NCBI GenBank assembly: GCA_021299855.1
Contig: JAJTEY010000010.1
Span: forward strand, 1-63,516
Direction of reading: 5' to 3'
DNA length: 63,516 bases
DNA from: Bacteroidota bacterium
GTDB taxonomy: Bacteria; Bacteroidota; Bacteroidia; Palsa-965
Below are positions 47,761-58,629 of this stretch, one piece after another (the stretch's first letter is position 1; the number at the start of each line of letters is the position of its first letter). Position numbers and translations under genes: made by a program. The notes under the pieces were generated by a model that worked only from the letters and a program-made list of their open reading frames with translations, was not told where the DNA came from and did no database searches.

Positions 47761-48422
47761 TCCAATGAGCGTCGCAGAAATTGCATCAATGGAAACATGG
47801 CGTTGCACGTTGCAATTACTTGCTTGTCGAAATTTGGTGCTAATACTTCCTTGTCCGTGAAATTTCGAAACGCAATAAACGATTTCAATTTTAAGTAATC
47901 CATCGCAGGATTGTCGGCAGTATAGCCTTTTGGTGGACGGGCCAGCTTATGTTCTTGATCTAAAATGCCAAAAAACTTTTTGAAAGTATTGTTTCTAATT
48001 ATCGCGTTGAATTCATCAAAATTGTAATCAATTTCCTGGCGATATTTTGTAAGGTCAACTGCTTGCGGCAAGTAGCTTCCTCCTGCGACAAACGAATTGC
48101 CCGGCTCAATATGCACGTAATATCCCGGTACTGCTGCTTTTTTACCTCCCGGGTTTATTGCAGCACCCATGTTCGATTTATACGGGGTTTTATTTGCGGA
48201 GAATCGGACATCTCTGAAAATTCGGAACACACATTTATCAGCGGATAATTCCGGCTCTATTTGTTTGTCGAATTTGCGCAGTTGTGGCAATAAAGCATCA
48301 AAGAAACTGATGATATCTGTTTTCGCTTCTACATAAGAACTTCTGTTTTCATCAAACCAAACTTTGTTGTTATGCTGTTTCAGTTTTGATAAAAATGAAA
48401 GTGTGTTTTTGGAAATGCTCAT
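47757..48422 (-). CDS. DUF2461 domain-containing protein (TIGR02453 family)
   Basis: 221 aa with N..WF..N...Y, FRI.RDVRFS..K.PYK and GYY.HIEPG..F.GGG patterns. Confidence 0.8.
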   Translation of the reverse strand: MSISKNTLSFLSKLKQHNNKVWFDENRSSYVEAKTDIISFFDALLPQLRKFDKQIEPELSADKCVFRIFRDVRFSANKTPYKSNMGAAINPGGKKAAVPGYYVHIEPGNSFVAGGSYLPQAVDLTKYRQEIDYNFDEFNAIIRNNTFKKFFGILDQEHKLARPPKGYTADNPAMDYLKLKSFIAFRNFTDKEVLAPNFDKQVIATCNAMFPLMQFLRRSLD

Positions 48423-49564
48423 AGTTCGGGATAGTCTTTATCGCGTTGAACCTCCGGCTCTGTTGCTTCATCCAGATCGTCTGTCAATTTTTTAATAAAG
48501 TGATAATGGCTTAAAAATTCTTTTGCGATAATACGAAGAACAGTATATACCGGCACAGCAGCAATCATTCCCGGAATGCCTGCTAATGTTGCTCCCAATA
48601 GAATGACCGTAAATATTTCTATTGGATGCGCTTTTACTGAATTGCTGAAAATATAGGGTTGAATCAGGAACGAATCAATACTATTTACAGTTAAAAAAAC
48701 GAGTGCTATTTTTCCTGCTAATGGCAATAAACCCGAATAAAATTCGAGGTGAAGATTGGTTGAGACGCCAATTATTACCGCTATGGATGCCCCAATCAGA
48801 GGGCCTACATAAGGAATAACGTTGAGGATTCCTGCGAGAATGCCGATGGTAATAGCGTTTCGAATACCCAGTAGTGACATACCAACACTCACCAATATGC
48901 TGACAAGGAGGATGTCAATAAGTATCGCAGTGAAGTATTTGGTTAGCATAGTATTAGTGTCATTCAAAATATTATCGACTTTCTCTCGATGTTTATCCGG
49001 CACCGCAAGCAATAACGTTTGGTAAATTATATTGCCATCCTTGAGCATGAAGAAGGTGAAAAATGAAATGATAAAGAATGCCGAGATCAAGCTGATAACC
49101 GTATTCATAGCAGTTGTGGCGACCACAGAAATTTGTGTCATCCCAAAAAAGTTTGCCAAGGAATCTTGAACAAATTGATTGAAGGTTCTGGTATCTCCAC
49201 TGGATTGTTGAAATTCGGCAAACAGGCCGTGCAGCTGATCGATAGGTTCTTTAAGTGTGACCATGAGTTGCTGCTGATCAACTTCGGACAAGTAATTAAT
49301 TTCAGTAAGCACCATCGGAATAAAGATGGAAACTATCGCACCAATAACAACGTAAATGCCCAGCAATACCACTAGAGCGCGAAATGCTCGTGGTATTTTC
49401 TTTTTTCCGATGCGCAATTTCTCCAGTTTATTTTCGAGCGGCCGGGTAATGATTGTGAGCAGTGCTGCGATAATGATGTACAACAGGATAGTGCGGAACA
49501 CCCACATCAGCGCCAGCACCAACGCAATTACTATGAATAAAACAATCGGATTTTTAATTTTCAT
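48419..49564 (-). CDS. AI-2E family transporter (PerM-like permease)
   Basis: 381-aa polytopic membrane protein with the typical ..NVIPYVGPLIGA.. segment. 4-bp overlap with the downstream gene. Confidence 0.8.
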   Translation of the reverse strand: MKIKNPIVLFIVIALVLALMWVFRTILLYIIIAALLTIITRPLENKLEKLRIGKKKIPRAFRALVVLLGIYVVIGAIVSIFIPMVLTEINYLSEVDQQQLMVTLKEPIDQLHGLFAEFQQSSGDTRTFNQFVQDSLANFFGMTQISVVATTAMNTVISLISAFFIISFFTFFMLKDGNIIYQTLLLAVPDKHREKVDNILNDTNTMLTKYFTAILIDILLVSILVSVGMSLLGIRNAITIGILAGILNVIPYVGPLIGASIAVIIGVSTNLHLEFYSGLLPLAGKIALVFLTVNSIDSFLIQPYIFSNSVKAHPIEIFTVILLGATLAGIPGMIAAVPVYTVLRIIAKEFLSHYHFIKKLTDDLDEATEPEVQRDKDYPEL

Positions 49565-49634
49565 TACCGTAAAGTTAGTGAAATGCCTTTGTTATTGATG
49601 GTTGGAGGGATTTCCTGTGTACCTTTGCACCCTC

Positions 49635-51572
49635 ATGATTTCAGTTAGTAATCTTACAGTTGCATTTGGCGGATTCACGCTATACGACAATATTTCATTT
49701 ATGGTTGGAGCCCGCGATCGTATTGGTCTTGCGGGTAAAAACGGGGCAGGTAAATCAACATTGCTAAAAATTATTGCGGGTTATCAGCGTCCTGATACCG
49801 GCGATATTTCCATGCCATCGGGTTATACCATTGGTTATTTGGCGCAGGATATGGCGCACAATCTCGGAAAAACCGTTTTTGATGAAGCGTCCACTGCGTT
49901 TCAGGAATTGAAAGAATTAGAGCGTAAGATTGAATACATCACGGAACAACTTACCGTGCGTACGGATTATGAAACCGATTCGTACATGGATTTGATCAAC
50001 CAATTAAATGATGCTAATGAACGAATTGTAGTATTGGGTGGTCATGCAATTGAAGGAGAAGTGGAGCAGGTGTTGCGTGGGCTTGGTTTCTCGCATCACG
50101 ACATGCATCGTCTAATGGATGAATTTAGTGGTGGATGGAGAATGCGTGTAGAACTGGCGAAGATATTATTACGAAGACCGAACGCCTTGTTGCTGGACGA
50201 ACCAACGAATCACCTGGATATTGAATCTATACAATGGCTGGAAGAATTTTTGAAAACCTACGAAGGCGCTGTAATACTGGTTTCGCACGATAAAGCGTTT
50301 TTGGATAATATCACCACAAGAACAATTGAAATTTCTTTAGGCAAGCTCCACGATTATAAAGCGAATTACTCCAAATACTTGGTGTTGCGAAAAGAGCGTC
50401 GTGAGACACAGTTGGCCGCCGCTAAAAATCAGCAACGCGAAATTGAAAAAACGGAACGTTTGATTGATCAGTTTCGTGCGAAGTCGAGCAAAGCTTCATT
50501 TGCGCAATCCTTGATTAAGAAGCTGGATCGTATGGAGATTATCGAAATTGATGATGAAGATAATTCATCAATTCGCTTTCGTTTTCCTCCTGCTCCACGA
50601 TCCGGAAAGGTTGTTGTAGAAGCGAATCAATGCGTAAAATACTATGACGACAAGTGTATCCTGAATAAGGTTGACGTGATGATTGAACGTGAAGATAAAG
50701 TTGCGTTCGTCGGAAGAAACGGAGAAGGTAAATCGACCATGATTCGAATGATTATGGGTGAAGCCACTACATCCGGCGAAGTGAAGCAAGGTTTTAGTGT
50801 AGATGCCGGTTATTTTGCTCAGGATGATGCGGACACGATGAATCCGGATAAAACGGTTTTTGAGACTATCGACGAATTGGCTCTTGGTGATGTAAGGAAG
50901 CAAGTGCGTGGGATTTTAGGTTCGTTTTTGTTTAGCGGTGATACTGTAGATAAGAAAGTTAAAGTATTGTCCGGTGGTGAACGTACGCGACTGGCGTTAT
51001 GTCGATTGTTGTTAAAGCCGCACAACTTATTGATTCTGGACGAACCTACGAATCACCTTGACTTGCGTTCGAAGGAAGTGTTGAAGCAAGCACTGATGAA
51101 CTTTGATGGAACGCTGATTGTAGTTTCTCACGATCGTGATTTTTTACAAGGCCTGACGAATAAAGTATTCGAGTTTAAGGGTGGTCAGGTGAAAGAACAT
51201 TTGGGTGATGTGTATGAGTTTATTCGTTCGCGAAAGATTGACGAATTGAGTGATCTTGAAAAGAAAACATCTCCATTCACGGCTAGTAAGCCGGAACCTA
51301 AACCGGCAAAGAATACCATTGATGAAGGCGCGAAAGAGCGTGAGAAAGAAGTTCGCCAGTTAAAAAGTAGATTAGCGAAGAAAGAAGAAGAAATAGCGCA
51401 GCTGGAAGCGTTTATCAAGAAGTTCGATGAGCAACTTGCGGATCCCGGTAAATACCAGGAAATAATGAATAACAAAACAGCTTACGCTGAATATGATCAG
51501 AAACGTAAGCTGTTGGAGCAATGTATGGAAGAATGGACGGCTTTAAACGAGCAGATTGATGCTTCGAATTAA
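49635..51572 (+). CDS. ABC-F family ATP-binding cassette protein (two NBDs, C-terminal coiled coil)
   Basis: About 645 aa from ATG 49635. Two Walker A sites (GKNGAGKST, GRNGEGKST), two signature motifs (FSGGWRMR, LSGGERTR) and no TM domain. Confidence 0.92.
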   Translation: MISVSNLTVAFGGFTLYDNISFMVGARDRIGLAGKNGAGKSTLLKIIAGYQRPDTGDISMPSGYTIGYLAQDMAHNLGKTVFDEASTAFQELKELERKIEYITEQLTVRTDYETDSYMDLINQLNDANERIVVLGGHAIEGEVEQVLRGLGFSHHDMHRLMDEFSGGWRMRVELAKILLRRPNALLLDEPTNHLDIESIQWLEEFLKTYEGAVILVSHDKAFLDNITTRTIEISLGKLHDYKANYSKYLVLRKERRETQLAAAKNQQREIEKTERLIDQFRAKSSKASFAQSLIKKLDRMEIIEIDDEDNSSIRFRFPPAPRSGKVVVEANQCVKYYDDKCILNKVDVMIEREDKVAFVGRNGEGKSTMIRMIMGEATTSGEVKQGFSVDAGYFAQDDADTMNPDKTVFETIDELALGDVRKQVRGILGSFLFSGDTVDKKVKVLSGGERTRLALCRLLLKPHNLLILDEPTNHLDLRSKEVLKQALMNFDGTLIVVSHDRDFLQGLTNKVFEFKGGQVKEHLGDVYEFIRSRKIDELSDLEKKTSPFTASKPEPKPAKNTIDEGAKEREKEVRQLKSRLAKKEEEIAQLEAFIKKFDEQLADPGKYQEIMNNKTAYAEYDQKRKLLEQCMEEWTALNEQIDASN

Positions 51573-52435
51573 TGCGTTTTAGTTAAGGTAGCAGGTGTTA
51601 CGATAATAAAATCTCCAAGACCTTTTCCTTCTTTACCGAGTTGATCAATGTTGTCTTGTTCAGCAACTGATATGACAACGATTTTAAGGTCGGGCTTCTG
51701 TTGTTTTACATACCACACAATGCTTTGGTGATTGTCACTGTGATATGCGCCATTATAATGTAAAAATGTCTGACCCGTTTTCCAGTTTTGTAACAGGAAA
51801 TAGGCCATTGTAGCATCTTTCAGGGCCTGCGACTTAGGCAAGTTCTGTCCACCATGACCACCGGCATTTTCAAAAATTTCTTTGTAGCATTTTAATTCCG
51901 GGTCATACTTAAACGGAAGCGGGCAAATCCATTGCCTCTCCGATGCAGGAAGCGAGTCCAACGATTCAGTTCCTTTCATATATACCATGTTGGCGTATTT
52001 ACGCGGAACGTTAGTGGCAATGAATGCCAATTTATTGGTTTTTGCAAAGTCAACCAGTGGTTTATAATCTGTTTTGTAGTTGGGCCAGAGGCGGACAGAA
52101 TCTTTTAATTTCTTTTCGTCTAAAGTTCCGGCTAAGTACGAGTTTAAAGCTCGCTGGTTATCTGCCTCGAACATTTCTGCGCCAAGCACCAACTTATCTT
52201 TTTTAACTGCAAACAAATCTTTCGTGAGTTCAAGTTGCAGCCAATGATGAATCGGATTGTTGTGGTGTTCTCCGAAAAATACGATGTCTGCTGACTGAGC
52301 AGCAGCAAGAATTTGTTGATACGATGCCTTTTTTCCCTGAGAAGAGAAAACGGAGTACGCTATTTTTTCGGTCGTCTTAAATGTGAAACTCAAGGTAAAG
52401 AGACCTAGAATGGGGATGAGGAATTTGGTTTTCAT
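51569..52435 (-). CDS. ChaN-like (Tiki/heme-binding uptake, DUF399) family protein
   Basis: 288 aa with signal peptide, then ADIVFFGEHHNNPIHHWLQLEL and GAEMF motifs characteristic of ChaN/PF04187. Confidence 0.65.
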   Translation of the reverse strand: MKTKFLIPILGLFTLSFTFKTTEKIAYSVFSSQGKKASYQQILAAAQSADIVFFGEHHNNPIHHWLQLELTKDLFAVKKDKLVLGAEMFEADNQRALNSYLAGTLDEKKLKDSVRLWPNYKTDYKPLVDFAKTNKLAFIATNVPRKYANMVYMKGTESLDSLPASERQWICPLPFKYDPELKCYKEIFENAGGHGGQNLPKSQALKDATMAYFLLQNWKTGQTFLHYNGAYHSDNHQSIVWYVKQQKPDLKIVVISVAEQDNIDQLGKEGKGLGDFIIVTPATLTKTH

Positions 52436-52492
52436 TATTAAGGGATGGTTAAGTTATTTGAAGGTAGGCAATGTTACTGAAATGCCGATTTT

Positions 52493-53359
52493 ATGAACGA
52501 GAAAAAACAATTACGAATTGCCATTCAGAAATCGGGTCGCTTGTACGACGATTCGATTCGTATGTTGCGCGAATGCGGCATTGAACTGAACAATGGTTTA
52601 CAACGACTAAAGGCAGAAGCCTATAATTTTCCTTTGGAAGTATTCTTCCTGCGAGACGATGATATTCCTGAATACGTTGCAGGTGGCGTTGCAGATATTG
52701 GAATTGTTGGCGAGAATGTCCTTGTCGAGACACAAGCTGACGTGCAAACCGTTCAGCGCTTGGGTTTTGGAAAGTGTCGTTTGTGCATAGCAATTCCTAA
52801 AGGAAAGAAGTATAGCGGCGTGGAAGATTTTGAAGGCAAGCGTATCGCTACCACATACGTGAATGTACTCGAGCAATTTCTGAAGAAGCGAAAAGTGAAG
52901 GCTGAAATTCATGAAATCAGCGGCAGTGTGGAGATTGCTCCCGGAATTGGTTTGGCAGACGCTATTTGTGATATCGTTTCGTCCGGAAGTACATTATTCA
53001 CGAATGGATTGAAAGAGGTGGAAACGGTGATGAAGTCGGAGGCCGTATTGATTGCCAATAAAAATTTAAAGTCGGCCGATATGAAAATAATTGAACGCTT
53101 GTTGTTTCGTATTCAAGCCGTGCAGCAGGCCAAGCGCAACAAATACGTGTTGCTGAATGCACCCAATGACAAGTTGGATTTGATAACAGCAATGATACCC
53201 GGAATGAAAAGCCCTACCATTTTGCCACTGGCGAAGAAGGGATGGAGTTCCGTTCACTCTGTAATTGAAGAAGATCGTTTTTGGGAAATAATCGAAGAAC
53301 TCAAGAAATTGGGGGCGCAGGGAATTCTGGTAGTGCCAATTGAAAAAATGGTAGTATGA
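52493..53359 (+). CDS. hisG: ATP phosphoribosyltransferase (long form)
   Basis: 288 aa with LRIAIQKSGRL, DIVSSGSTL and a C-terminal regulatory domain. First gene of the his cluster. Confidence 0.93.
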   Translation: MNEKKQLRIAIQKSGRLYDDSIRMLRECGIELNNGLQRLKAEAYNFPLEVFFLRDDDIPEYVAGGVADIGIVGENVLVETQADVQTVQRLGFGKCRLCIAIPKGKKYSGVEDFEGKRIATTYVNVLEQFLKKRKVKAEIHEISGSVEIAPGIGLADAICDIVSSGSTLFTNGLKEVETVMKSEAVLIANKNLKSADMKIIERLLFRIQAVQQAKRNKYVLLNAPNDKLDLITAMIPGMKSPTILPLAKKGWSSVHSVIEEDRFWEIIEELKKLGAQGILVVPIEKMVV

Positions 53360-54648
53360 TAAAATTGTTTCAACCAAAAACGGATGATGAGTTGAGTGTT
53401 TTGTTACAACGACCATCGGCATCTGTTGGGCAATTAGAAGAAGCAGTTACTGCTGTATTGGATGAAGTGCGTCGTTCGGGTGATGATGCTGTAAGGCGCT
53501 ATACGCTGCAATTTGATGGAGTACTGCTATCTGATTTTCGTGTATCGCAAAAAGAATTGCAGGAGGCTGATCAATTAATTTCTGCCGAATTAAAAGAGGC
53601 TATTGCGCTTGCAAAATCTAACATCGAACGATTTCATCGTGCGCAACATATTGGGGTACAACAAATGGAAACTATGCCCGGTGTTCTATGCAGGAGAAAG
53701 TCCATTCCAATAGAAAATGTGGGATTATATATTCCCGGTGGAACAGCGCCGTTGTTTTCAACCGCATTGATGTTAGGGATTCCCGCTGTGTTGGCGGGAT
53801 GTAAGCATATCGTGTTATGCAGTCCTCCGGGTAAAGATGGGCGAATTCATCCTGCAATTTTATATGCTGCTCATACAGTCGGAATCACACAAATTTTTAA
53901 AGTTGGTGGTGTACAAGCTATTGGTGCAATGGCATATGGCACGGAGAGTATTCCTAAAACCAACAAGATTTTTGGTCCGGGTAATGCATATGTGACGTGT
54001 GCCAAACAGTTGCTGGCAAAGCATGGGTTCGCAATTGATATGCCTGCAGGTCCATCTGAAGTTGCAGTGATTGCTGATGATAGCGTTCCTCCTGCGTTTG
54101 TTGCGGCGGATTTATTAGCCCAGGCAGAACACGGCAAGGATAGTCAAGTGATCGTATTCTCTGATTCTCCCGAATATTTGCAACGAGTAGTTGACGAAAC
54201 TAAAACGCAATTGGAACAGTTACCACGAAAGGAAATTGCACGTGCAGCATTAGATTGTAGCCGTGCAATTGTTACCCCCGATTTGTCGACAGCCTTGGAA
54301 TGGTCCAATCGATATGCTCCGGAACACTTGATATTAGCTTGTCGCAATGCACGCGAGTTGGCTGAACATGTCGTCAACGCAGGATCTGTTTTTATCGGGC
54401 CGTGGTCTCCGGAAAGTGTTGGCGATTATGCATCAGGAACGAATCATACTTTACCGACAGGAGGTCATGCCAATTCCTGGTCGGGCGTATCGTTGGATAG
54501 TTTTGTGAAAAAAGTTACGTTTCAGGAATTAACGCGTGATGGTTTGCAAGTAATCGGTCGAGCAGTTGAATTGATGGCTGAAGCGGAAGGCTTGCGCGCC
54601 CATGCAAATGCAGTAACGATACGATTAAATCAAAGCGACTATGTTTGA
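53356..54648 (+). CDS. hisD: histidinol dehydrogenase
   Basis: 430 aa with the IFGPGNAYV and QAEHG motifs. ATGA overlap with hisG. Confidence 0.95.
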   Translation: MIKLFQPKTDDELSVLLQRPSASVGQLEEAVTAVLDEVRRSGDDAVRRYTLQFDGVLLSDFRVSQKELQEADQLISAELKEAIALAKSNIERFHRAQHIGVQQMETMPGVLCRRKSIPIENVGLYIPGGTAPLFSTALMLGIPAVLAGCKHIVLCSPPGKDGRIHPAILYAAHTVGITQIFKVGGVQAIGAMAYGTESIPKTNKIFGPGNAYVTCAKQLLAKHGFAIDMPAGPSEVAVIADDSVPPAFVAADLLAQAEHGKDSQVIVFSDSPEYLQRVVDETKTQLEQLPRKEIARAALDCSRAIVTPDLSTALEWSNRYAPEHLILACRNARELAEHVVNAGSVFIGPWSPESVGDYASGTNHTLPTGGHANSWSGVSLDSFVKKVTFQELTRDGLQVIGRAVELMAEAEGLRAHANAVTIRLNQSDYV

Positions 54649-55699
54649 TATAAATACACTACTTCGGAATAACATCAAGGTGTTAACGCCGTATTCATCC
54701 GCACGTGATGAGTTTAAAGGCGCTGCTGAAATATTTTTGGATGCCAATGAAAATAGTTTCGGTTCACCCGCCGCTGTTACCTTCAACCGTTATCCTGATC
54801 CGCTGCAGCGCAGTTTAAAAGAGAAAATCAGTGCGGTAAAAGGAGTTCCCGCACACAATATATTTTTGGGTAATGGCAGTGATGAACCGATTGATCTTTT
54901 ATACAGAGCATTCTGTAATCCGGGTAAAGACAATGTTATTATCACGCCACCAACATACGGCATGTATGAAGTGAGTGCTAATATTAATGATGTGTTTGTA
55001 AAACGCGCTCCACTGTTGCCGAATTTTCAGTTGGATATTGATTTGATCGGCAGCTTGATTTCACCGCAAACAAAATTGATCTGGATTTGCTCTCCGAATA
55101 ATCCGACCGGTAATTCCATGCAACGTGAGGATGTAGAATTGTTGCTGAATAACTTTAACGGAATAGTTATCGTTGATGAAGCATATATCAATTATTCCCG
55201 CAGCAAGAGCATGATTGCGGAGTTGGTGGAATATCCCAATTTGGTGGTTTTACAAACGCTATCTAAAGCTTGGGGACTTGCGGGTTTGCGCATCGGCATG
55301 GCGTTCGCGTCGGAAGATATCATTCAAATATTGAATCGCATAAAACCGCCGTATAACATTAGTGAAGTAGCGCAACGTGAAGCATTGAATTCGCTAGATC
55401 ACATTGAACAAGTGAATGATTGGATCAGGACAACAGTGAAGGAGCGTGAAGCGTTAAGCGTTCATTTGAAACAGTTGCCGTTTGTTCAGCATGTGTATCC
55501 TTCCGATGCTAACTTTTTGTTAGTGAAATTCAATGATCCGCGTGAGATTTATCATTATCTCGTTGGCAATGGCATTATCGTCAGAGACAGATCAAATGTG
55601 CTGTTATGCGAAGGATGCTTGCGTATTACGGTAGGCACGCCGGATGAAAATAGGAAGTTGCTTAAAGTGTTGTCAGAATATTCATTAGTCAAGTCATGA
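54641..55699 (+). CDS. hisC: histidinol-phosphate transaminase
   Basis: 352 aa with LDANEN, PNNPTG and the PLP lysine context [14 protein letters not shown]. Confidence 0.93.
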   Translation: MFDINTLLRNNIKVLTPYSSARDEFKGAAEIFLDANENSFGSPAAVTFNRYPDPLQRSLKEKISAVKGVPAHNIFLGNGSDEPIDLLYRAFCNPGKDNVIITPPTYGMYEVSANINDVFVKRAPLLPNFQLDIDLIGSLISPQTKLIWICSPNNPTGNSMQREDVELLLNNFNGIVIVDEAYINYSRSKSMIAELVEYPNLVVLQTLSKAWGLAGLRIGMAFASEDIIQILNRIKPPYNISEVAQREALNSLDHIEQVNDWIRTTVKEREALSVHLKQLPFVQHVYPSDANFLLVKFNDPREIYHYLVGNGIIVRDRSNVLLCEGCLRITVGTPDENRKLLKVLSEYSLVKS

Positions 55700-56808
55700 A
55701 AAAGAGAGTTTTATTTATCGACAGAGACGGAACGCTGATTGCGGAGCCTCCTGTAACTTTTCAAATTGACGGATTTGAGAAGCTGAAGTTTTTGCCCGGT
55801 GTGATCACACAACTTGGTAAAATTGCAGCGACGGGACGTTTCGAATTAGTGATGGTTACGAATCAGGATGGTTTGGGAACAGCATCATTTCCGGAAGAAA
55901 CTTTTTGGCCCACGCATAATTTGATGTTGGATATTTTAAAAGGTGAAGGGGTTGAATTTTCCGAGATCTGTATTGATCGTAGTTTCGCGGATAATCCATT
56001 GCCATCAAGAAAGCCCGGCACCGGTATGCTGACGAAATATTTTTCGGATAGTTATGATTTAGCGAATTCGTATGTCATCGGAGATCGTATTACCGATGTT
56101 ATGCTTGCTCAGAATATGGGTTGCAAGAGTATTTTTATTCGCAGCTACGATGAGCCGGGTGATTGGACAAACAAGATTACTTTGATTGCTAATGATTGGC
56201 AAACCATCTCCAATTATTTACTGAGTGATGATAGAAGGGTAGAACATCAACGCATTACCAACGAAACTTCGATACGTGTTGTGTTTAATCCGGATGGTCG
56301 CGGTCTTTGCAGTATTAGCACAGGTTTGAATTTTTTCGATCACATGCTGGAGCAAATTGGGAAACATTCAGGAAGTGATTTAGTGATTGAAACAAAGGGA
56401 GATTTACATATTGATGAACATCACACCATTGAAGATACTGCGATTACTTTAGGTGAGGCTGTAGCTTCAGCATTGGGCGATAAGAAAGGAATTACCCGAT
56501 ATGGTTTCTGTTTACCAATGGATGATTGTTTGGCACAAGTGGCCATTGATTTTGGCGGGCGACCTTGGCTGGAATGGGATGCGGAATTTAAGCGCGAAAA
56601 AGTCGGCGATATGCCAACAGAAATGTTTTATCATTTCTTTAAATCATTTACTGATGCTGCTCGATGCAATTTGAATATTAAAGCGGAAGGCACAAACGAA
56701 CATCATAAAATTGAGGCCATTTTTAAGGCGTTAGCAAAAGCTATTGGCATGGCAGTAACTCGGAATACAGACAAATTGATTTTACCAAGCACTAAAGGTA
56801 AATTGTAA
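55696..56808 (+). CDS. hisB: bifunctional histidinol-phosphatase / imidazoleglycerol-phosphate dehydratase
   Basis: 370 aa with HAD N-terminal domain ([14 protein letters not shown]) fused to IGPD ([21 protein letters not shown]). Confidence 0.93.
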   Translation: MKKRVLFIDRDGTLIAEPPVTFQIDGFEKLKFLPGVITQLGKIAATGRFELVMVTNQDGLGTASFPEETFWPTHNLMLDILKGEGVEFSEICIDRSFADNPLPSRKPGTGMLTKYFSDSYDLANSYVIGDRITDVMLAQNMGCKSIFIRSYDEPGDWTNKITLIANDWQTISNYLLSDDRRVEHQRITNETSIRVVFNPDGRGLCSISTGLNFFDHMLEQIGKHSGSDLVIETKGDLHIDEHHTIEDTAITLGEAVASALGDKKGITRYGFCLPMDDCLAQVAIDFGGRPWLEWDAEFKREKVGDMPTEMFYHFFKSFTDAARCNLNIKAEGTNEHHKIEAIFKALAKAIGMAVTRNTDKLILPSTKGKL

Positions 56809-57912
56809 TTATCCCTTACGCGGATAATAGGTGTCCAGTAAGAAAAAGTATGGTCCGAAGAAGTGGTGACGAAATATTCGGTTTGGATCATCTGGATATT
56901 TTTGACGATATGCTGCATTCGGCATAAGAATTATTGGCGTTCCGCAAGGCACATAATTCATGCTGCGTACATATTGGTATTTGGGTGTTCCGGGTAAAGA
57001 TCTTCGCACCAAGAATCCCACGCGCTTGCCTAAAAACTTTCTGAATTTGCGTTCGCTTTTTCGCACCGCGCGATTCATTTTTCGGATCACACTTTTAGTT
57101 ACCCACTTCTGGGGTCCACGTGTTCTGCTCATCAGTGAACTGATGTTGGCAAAGGGATTAACCGGATTTAAGTCATTTAATGTTTGAATCGCGAAAGGTA
57201 CTTCCGGTACCCAATCGGAAGCATTTACAACACGAAATGCCCATCCGTCACGTGTTATGAAATCGTAATCATAAGCATATTTCAAATTGCCGGGTTTGGG
57301 TGCCGCTGTGGCGTACGTCTTAATGATTACATCTGTAGGGATTTTTTTTCCGCGCTCGTAATGCAAGTATGACGTGAGAAGACAAGCGATGGCGCCACCC
57401 TGACTGTGTCCAACAATCAAGAATTCTTTATTTCCGTTTTTGTAGTTTGAATTGATTTGTTCCACCACGGACTCCTGCAAGTATGCCAATGCGATTGTCC
57501 ACCCCACATGAACAAATGCGCCGGAGTCAGCAGCCAGTTGGTATTTGAAAGTTTTTCCATTCGCCAATGTGAGTTGATGAATAGCGGGGACCATTCCGGC
57601 ATAAAAATTTTCGAGCCACGACTCTGCATTACCCGTAGTGCCGCGAATGCTTATTACTGCAACGGAATCTTTTCTTTGCCATAAATCCCAACGATTATCC
57701 AAAGCCATTTCGGGCGAACGATATGCGAGCTGATAATTCGCCGGTTGCGGATACAATATATTAGTCCATGGGGTGTCAATTTGATACACGGATAATTGCA
57801 TCAGTTCGCGTAATTCGATGTGGTCAAATCCGGGTTTTAGTTTTTGTGCACTTAGCGTGTGACAAAACAGCAGCAACAATAAAGGCCAACGGAACAGTAG
57901 TAATGGACACAT
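56809..57912 (-). CDS. secreted class-3 lipase / alpha-beta hydrolase family protein
   Basis: 367 aa with signal peptide (..LLLLLFCHTLSAQ) and nucleophile elbow VGHSQGGAIA. Convergent with hisB; the two stop codons abut. Confidence 0.6.
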   Translation of the reverse strand: MCPLLLFRWPLLLLLFCHTLSAQKLKPGFDHIELRELMQLSVYQIDTPWTNILYPQPANYQLAYRSPEMALDNRWDLWQRKDSVAVISIRGTTGNAESWLENFYAGMVPAIHQLTLANGKTFKYQLAADSGAFVHVGWTIALAYLQESVVEQINSNYKNGNKEFLIVGHSQGGAIACLLTSYLHYERGKKIPTDVIIKTYATAAPKPGNLKYAYDYDFITRDGWAFRVVNASDWVPEVPFAIQTLNDLNPVNPFANISSLMSRTRGPQKWVTKSVIRKMNRAVRKSERKFRKFLGKRVGFLVRRSLPGTPKYQYVRSMNYVPCGTPIILMPNAAYRQKYPDDPNRIFRHHFFGPYFFLLDTYYPRKG

Positions 57913-58023
57913 TTACCAAAGATACGAAGTGCACTTATCGTTACACTGTTGCTTAGATTTTACTTTTAGTAAAGTAATTCTTGGGAGTAAAAACAAATTC
58001 CTTCTATATTTGCCTCATGAACG

Positions 58024-58599
58024 TTGCAACTTATAATAATAGACAATTACGATTCGTTCACATACAATCTCGTTCATCTGGTAGAGAAGATCACCTACGA
58101 GGATGTACCGGTGATGCGTAACGATGAAGTTGATTTTGATGCGCTCGATTCCTGCGAAAGAATTATACTTTCTCCAGGTCCGGGTTTGCCTAAGGATGCC
58201 GGTTTGATGCCAGAAGTGATCAGACGTTATGCAGGACAAAAACCGCTCCTTGGTGTTTGTCTTGGTCATCAGGCGGTATCTGAATTTTTGGGTGCGCGGC
58301 TGTATAATCTGGAACGCGTGATGCATGGAATAGCAACACCTATTTCAATTACAGAAAGAGGTGATGTATTGTATCGAGGCGTACCCGATGGCATTGCGGT
58401 TGGCCGTTATCATTCATGGGCTGTGGATGAATCATCGTTGCCGAATGACGTACATGTTACTTCTCGCGATGAGTCGGGTTGTGTAATGAGTATAGAAAGT
58501 AAGTCGCGACAGTTGTTTGGTGTGCAGTACCATCCCGAGTCGATTTTGTCACAATTTGGAGAAGACGTTTTGAGTAACTTCATCCAATATCAACCCTAG
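58024..58599 (+). CDS. anthranilate/aminodeoxychorismate synthase component II-type glutamine amidotransferase (TrpG/PabA-like)
   Basis: 191 aa with IIDNYDSFTYNLVHL, catalytic Cys context GVCLGHQA and VQYHPES. Apparent TTG start at 58024, immediately after an in-frame TGA. Confidence 0.85.
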   Translation: MQLIIIDNYDSFTYNLVHLVEKITYEDVPVMRNDEVDFDALDSCERIILSPGPGLPKDAGLMPEVIRRYAGQKPLLGVCLGHQAVSEFLGARLYNLERVMHGIATPISITERGDVLYRGVPDGIAVGRYHSWAVDESSLPNDVHVTSRDESGCVMSIESKSRQLFGVQYHPESILSQFGEDVLSNFIQYQP

Positions 58600-58629
58600 T
58601 GTTTAAGTTCACCAATAAAACAATGTCGA

